From Octopus sinensis (lineage: Eukaryota): a stretch of DNA of 64,000 nt. The notes under the pieces are model-generated. The model did not search any database and was not told the DNA's origin. It saw nothing but the letters and a program-made list of their open reading frames with translations. A program made the position numbers and the translations under genes. The stretch covers positions 127,596,001-127,660,000 of the forward strand of contig NC_043000.1 of assembly GCF_006345805.1 (NCBI RefSeq), read 5' to 3'. This document shows positions 63,650-64,000 of the stretch, piece by piece. Each line of letters starts with the position of its first letter. Within the stretch, counting starts at the first letter, position 1.

Positions 63650-64000
63650 GTTATATATACATGAATACGGACGTAGTAGATAACAGCTAACCTTCGGCCG
63701 CTCTTTTGCACCTTGTTGTGTCCACTACTCTGATTGGTTGGTATTGGCGCAGTTTGTCTCTTGCTCTACTGCACGTCAATGTGCAACCAATCGCAGCCTT
63801 CTGATAAGGTCATGAGAGACAGTCTCTTCCAATCCTCCGGTGAGCCGATAACTTGCTATAAAATGCTAGCTTCAGCACCGTTTTAGGTATTTCGGTTCTA
63901 GACCTTCTGCGGCCTAACCACTGATCACATAGCACACAACCAGTTCCAGCGACAACACCAACTGCATACGGCAATCTCCTTCGTCGCCTCCATAATCTTA
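63649..64000 (+). mobile_element. probable LTR 5' portion (or Pol II promoter), truncated by window end
   Basis: Starts TGTTATATATAC; ATTGG at 63733 and 63743, CCAAT at 63787, TATAAAA at 63857. Confidence 0.45.

Overview
AT-rich, microsatellite- and repeat-saturated animal genomic DNA. The SINE/LINE families and composition suggest an octopus (coleoid cephalopod) genome; this is inference from recalled repeat families, not a search. Only one convincing host exon is visible: minus strand 4683-4860, carrying a start codon. Most of 4.9-52 kb therefore looks like 5' intron(s) of a minus-strand gene whose promoter probably lies in the CpG-retaining zone beyond ~49 kb. The rest is tRNA-derived SINEs, RTE/CR1 LINE remnants, pogo/Tc1-mariner/piggyBac-type MITEs, a Helentron/HINE-like element, a probable LTR start and Penelope-like (PLE) remnants. 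The most notable signal is a set of minimal type-I hammerhead-ribozyme motifs in PLE-type repeats. One is a young 150-bp inverted repeat at ~60 kb with an intact hammerhead on each strand around nested palindromes. Another is a GIY-YIG endonuclease remnant followed directly by a tRNA-like Pol III head and a hammerhead tail, and that tail has also retrotransposed on its own. Several fold-back insertions sit in (TA)n tracts. Almost all ORFs in the supplied track are microsatellite or SINE artefacts. Repeat boundaries are approximate unless TSD/TIR positions are given; all alignments were done by eye.
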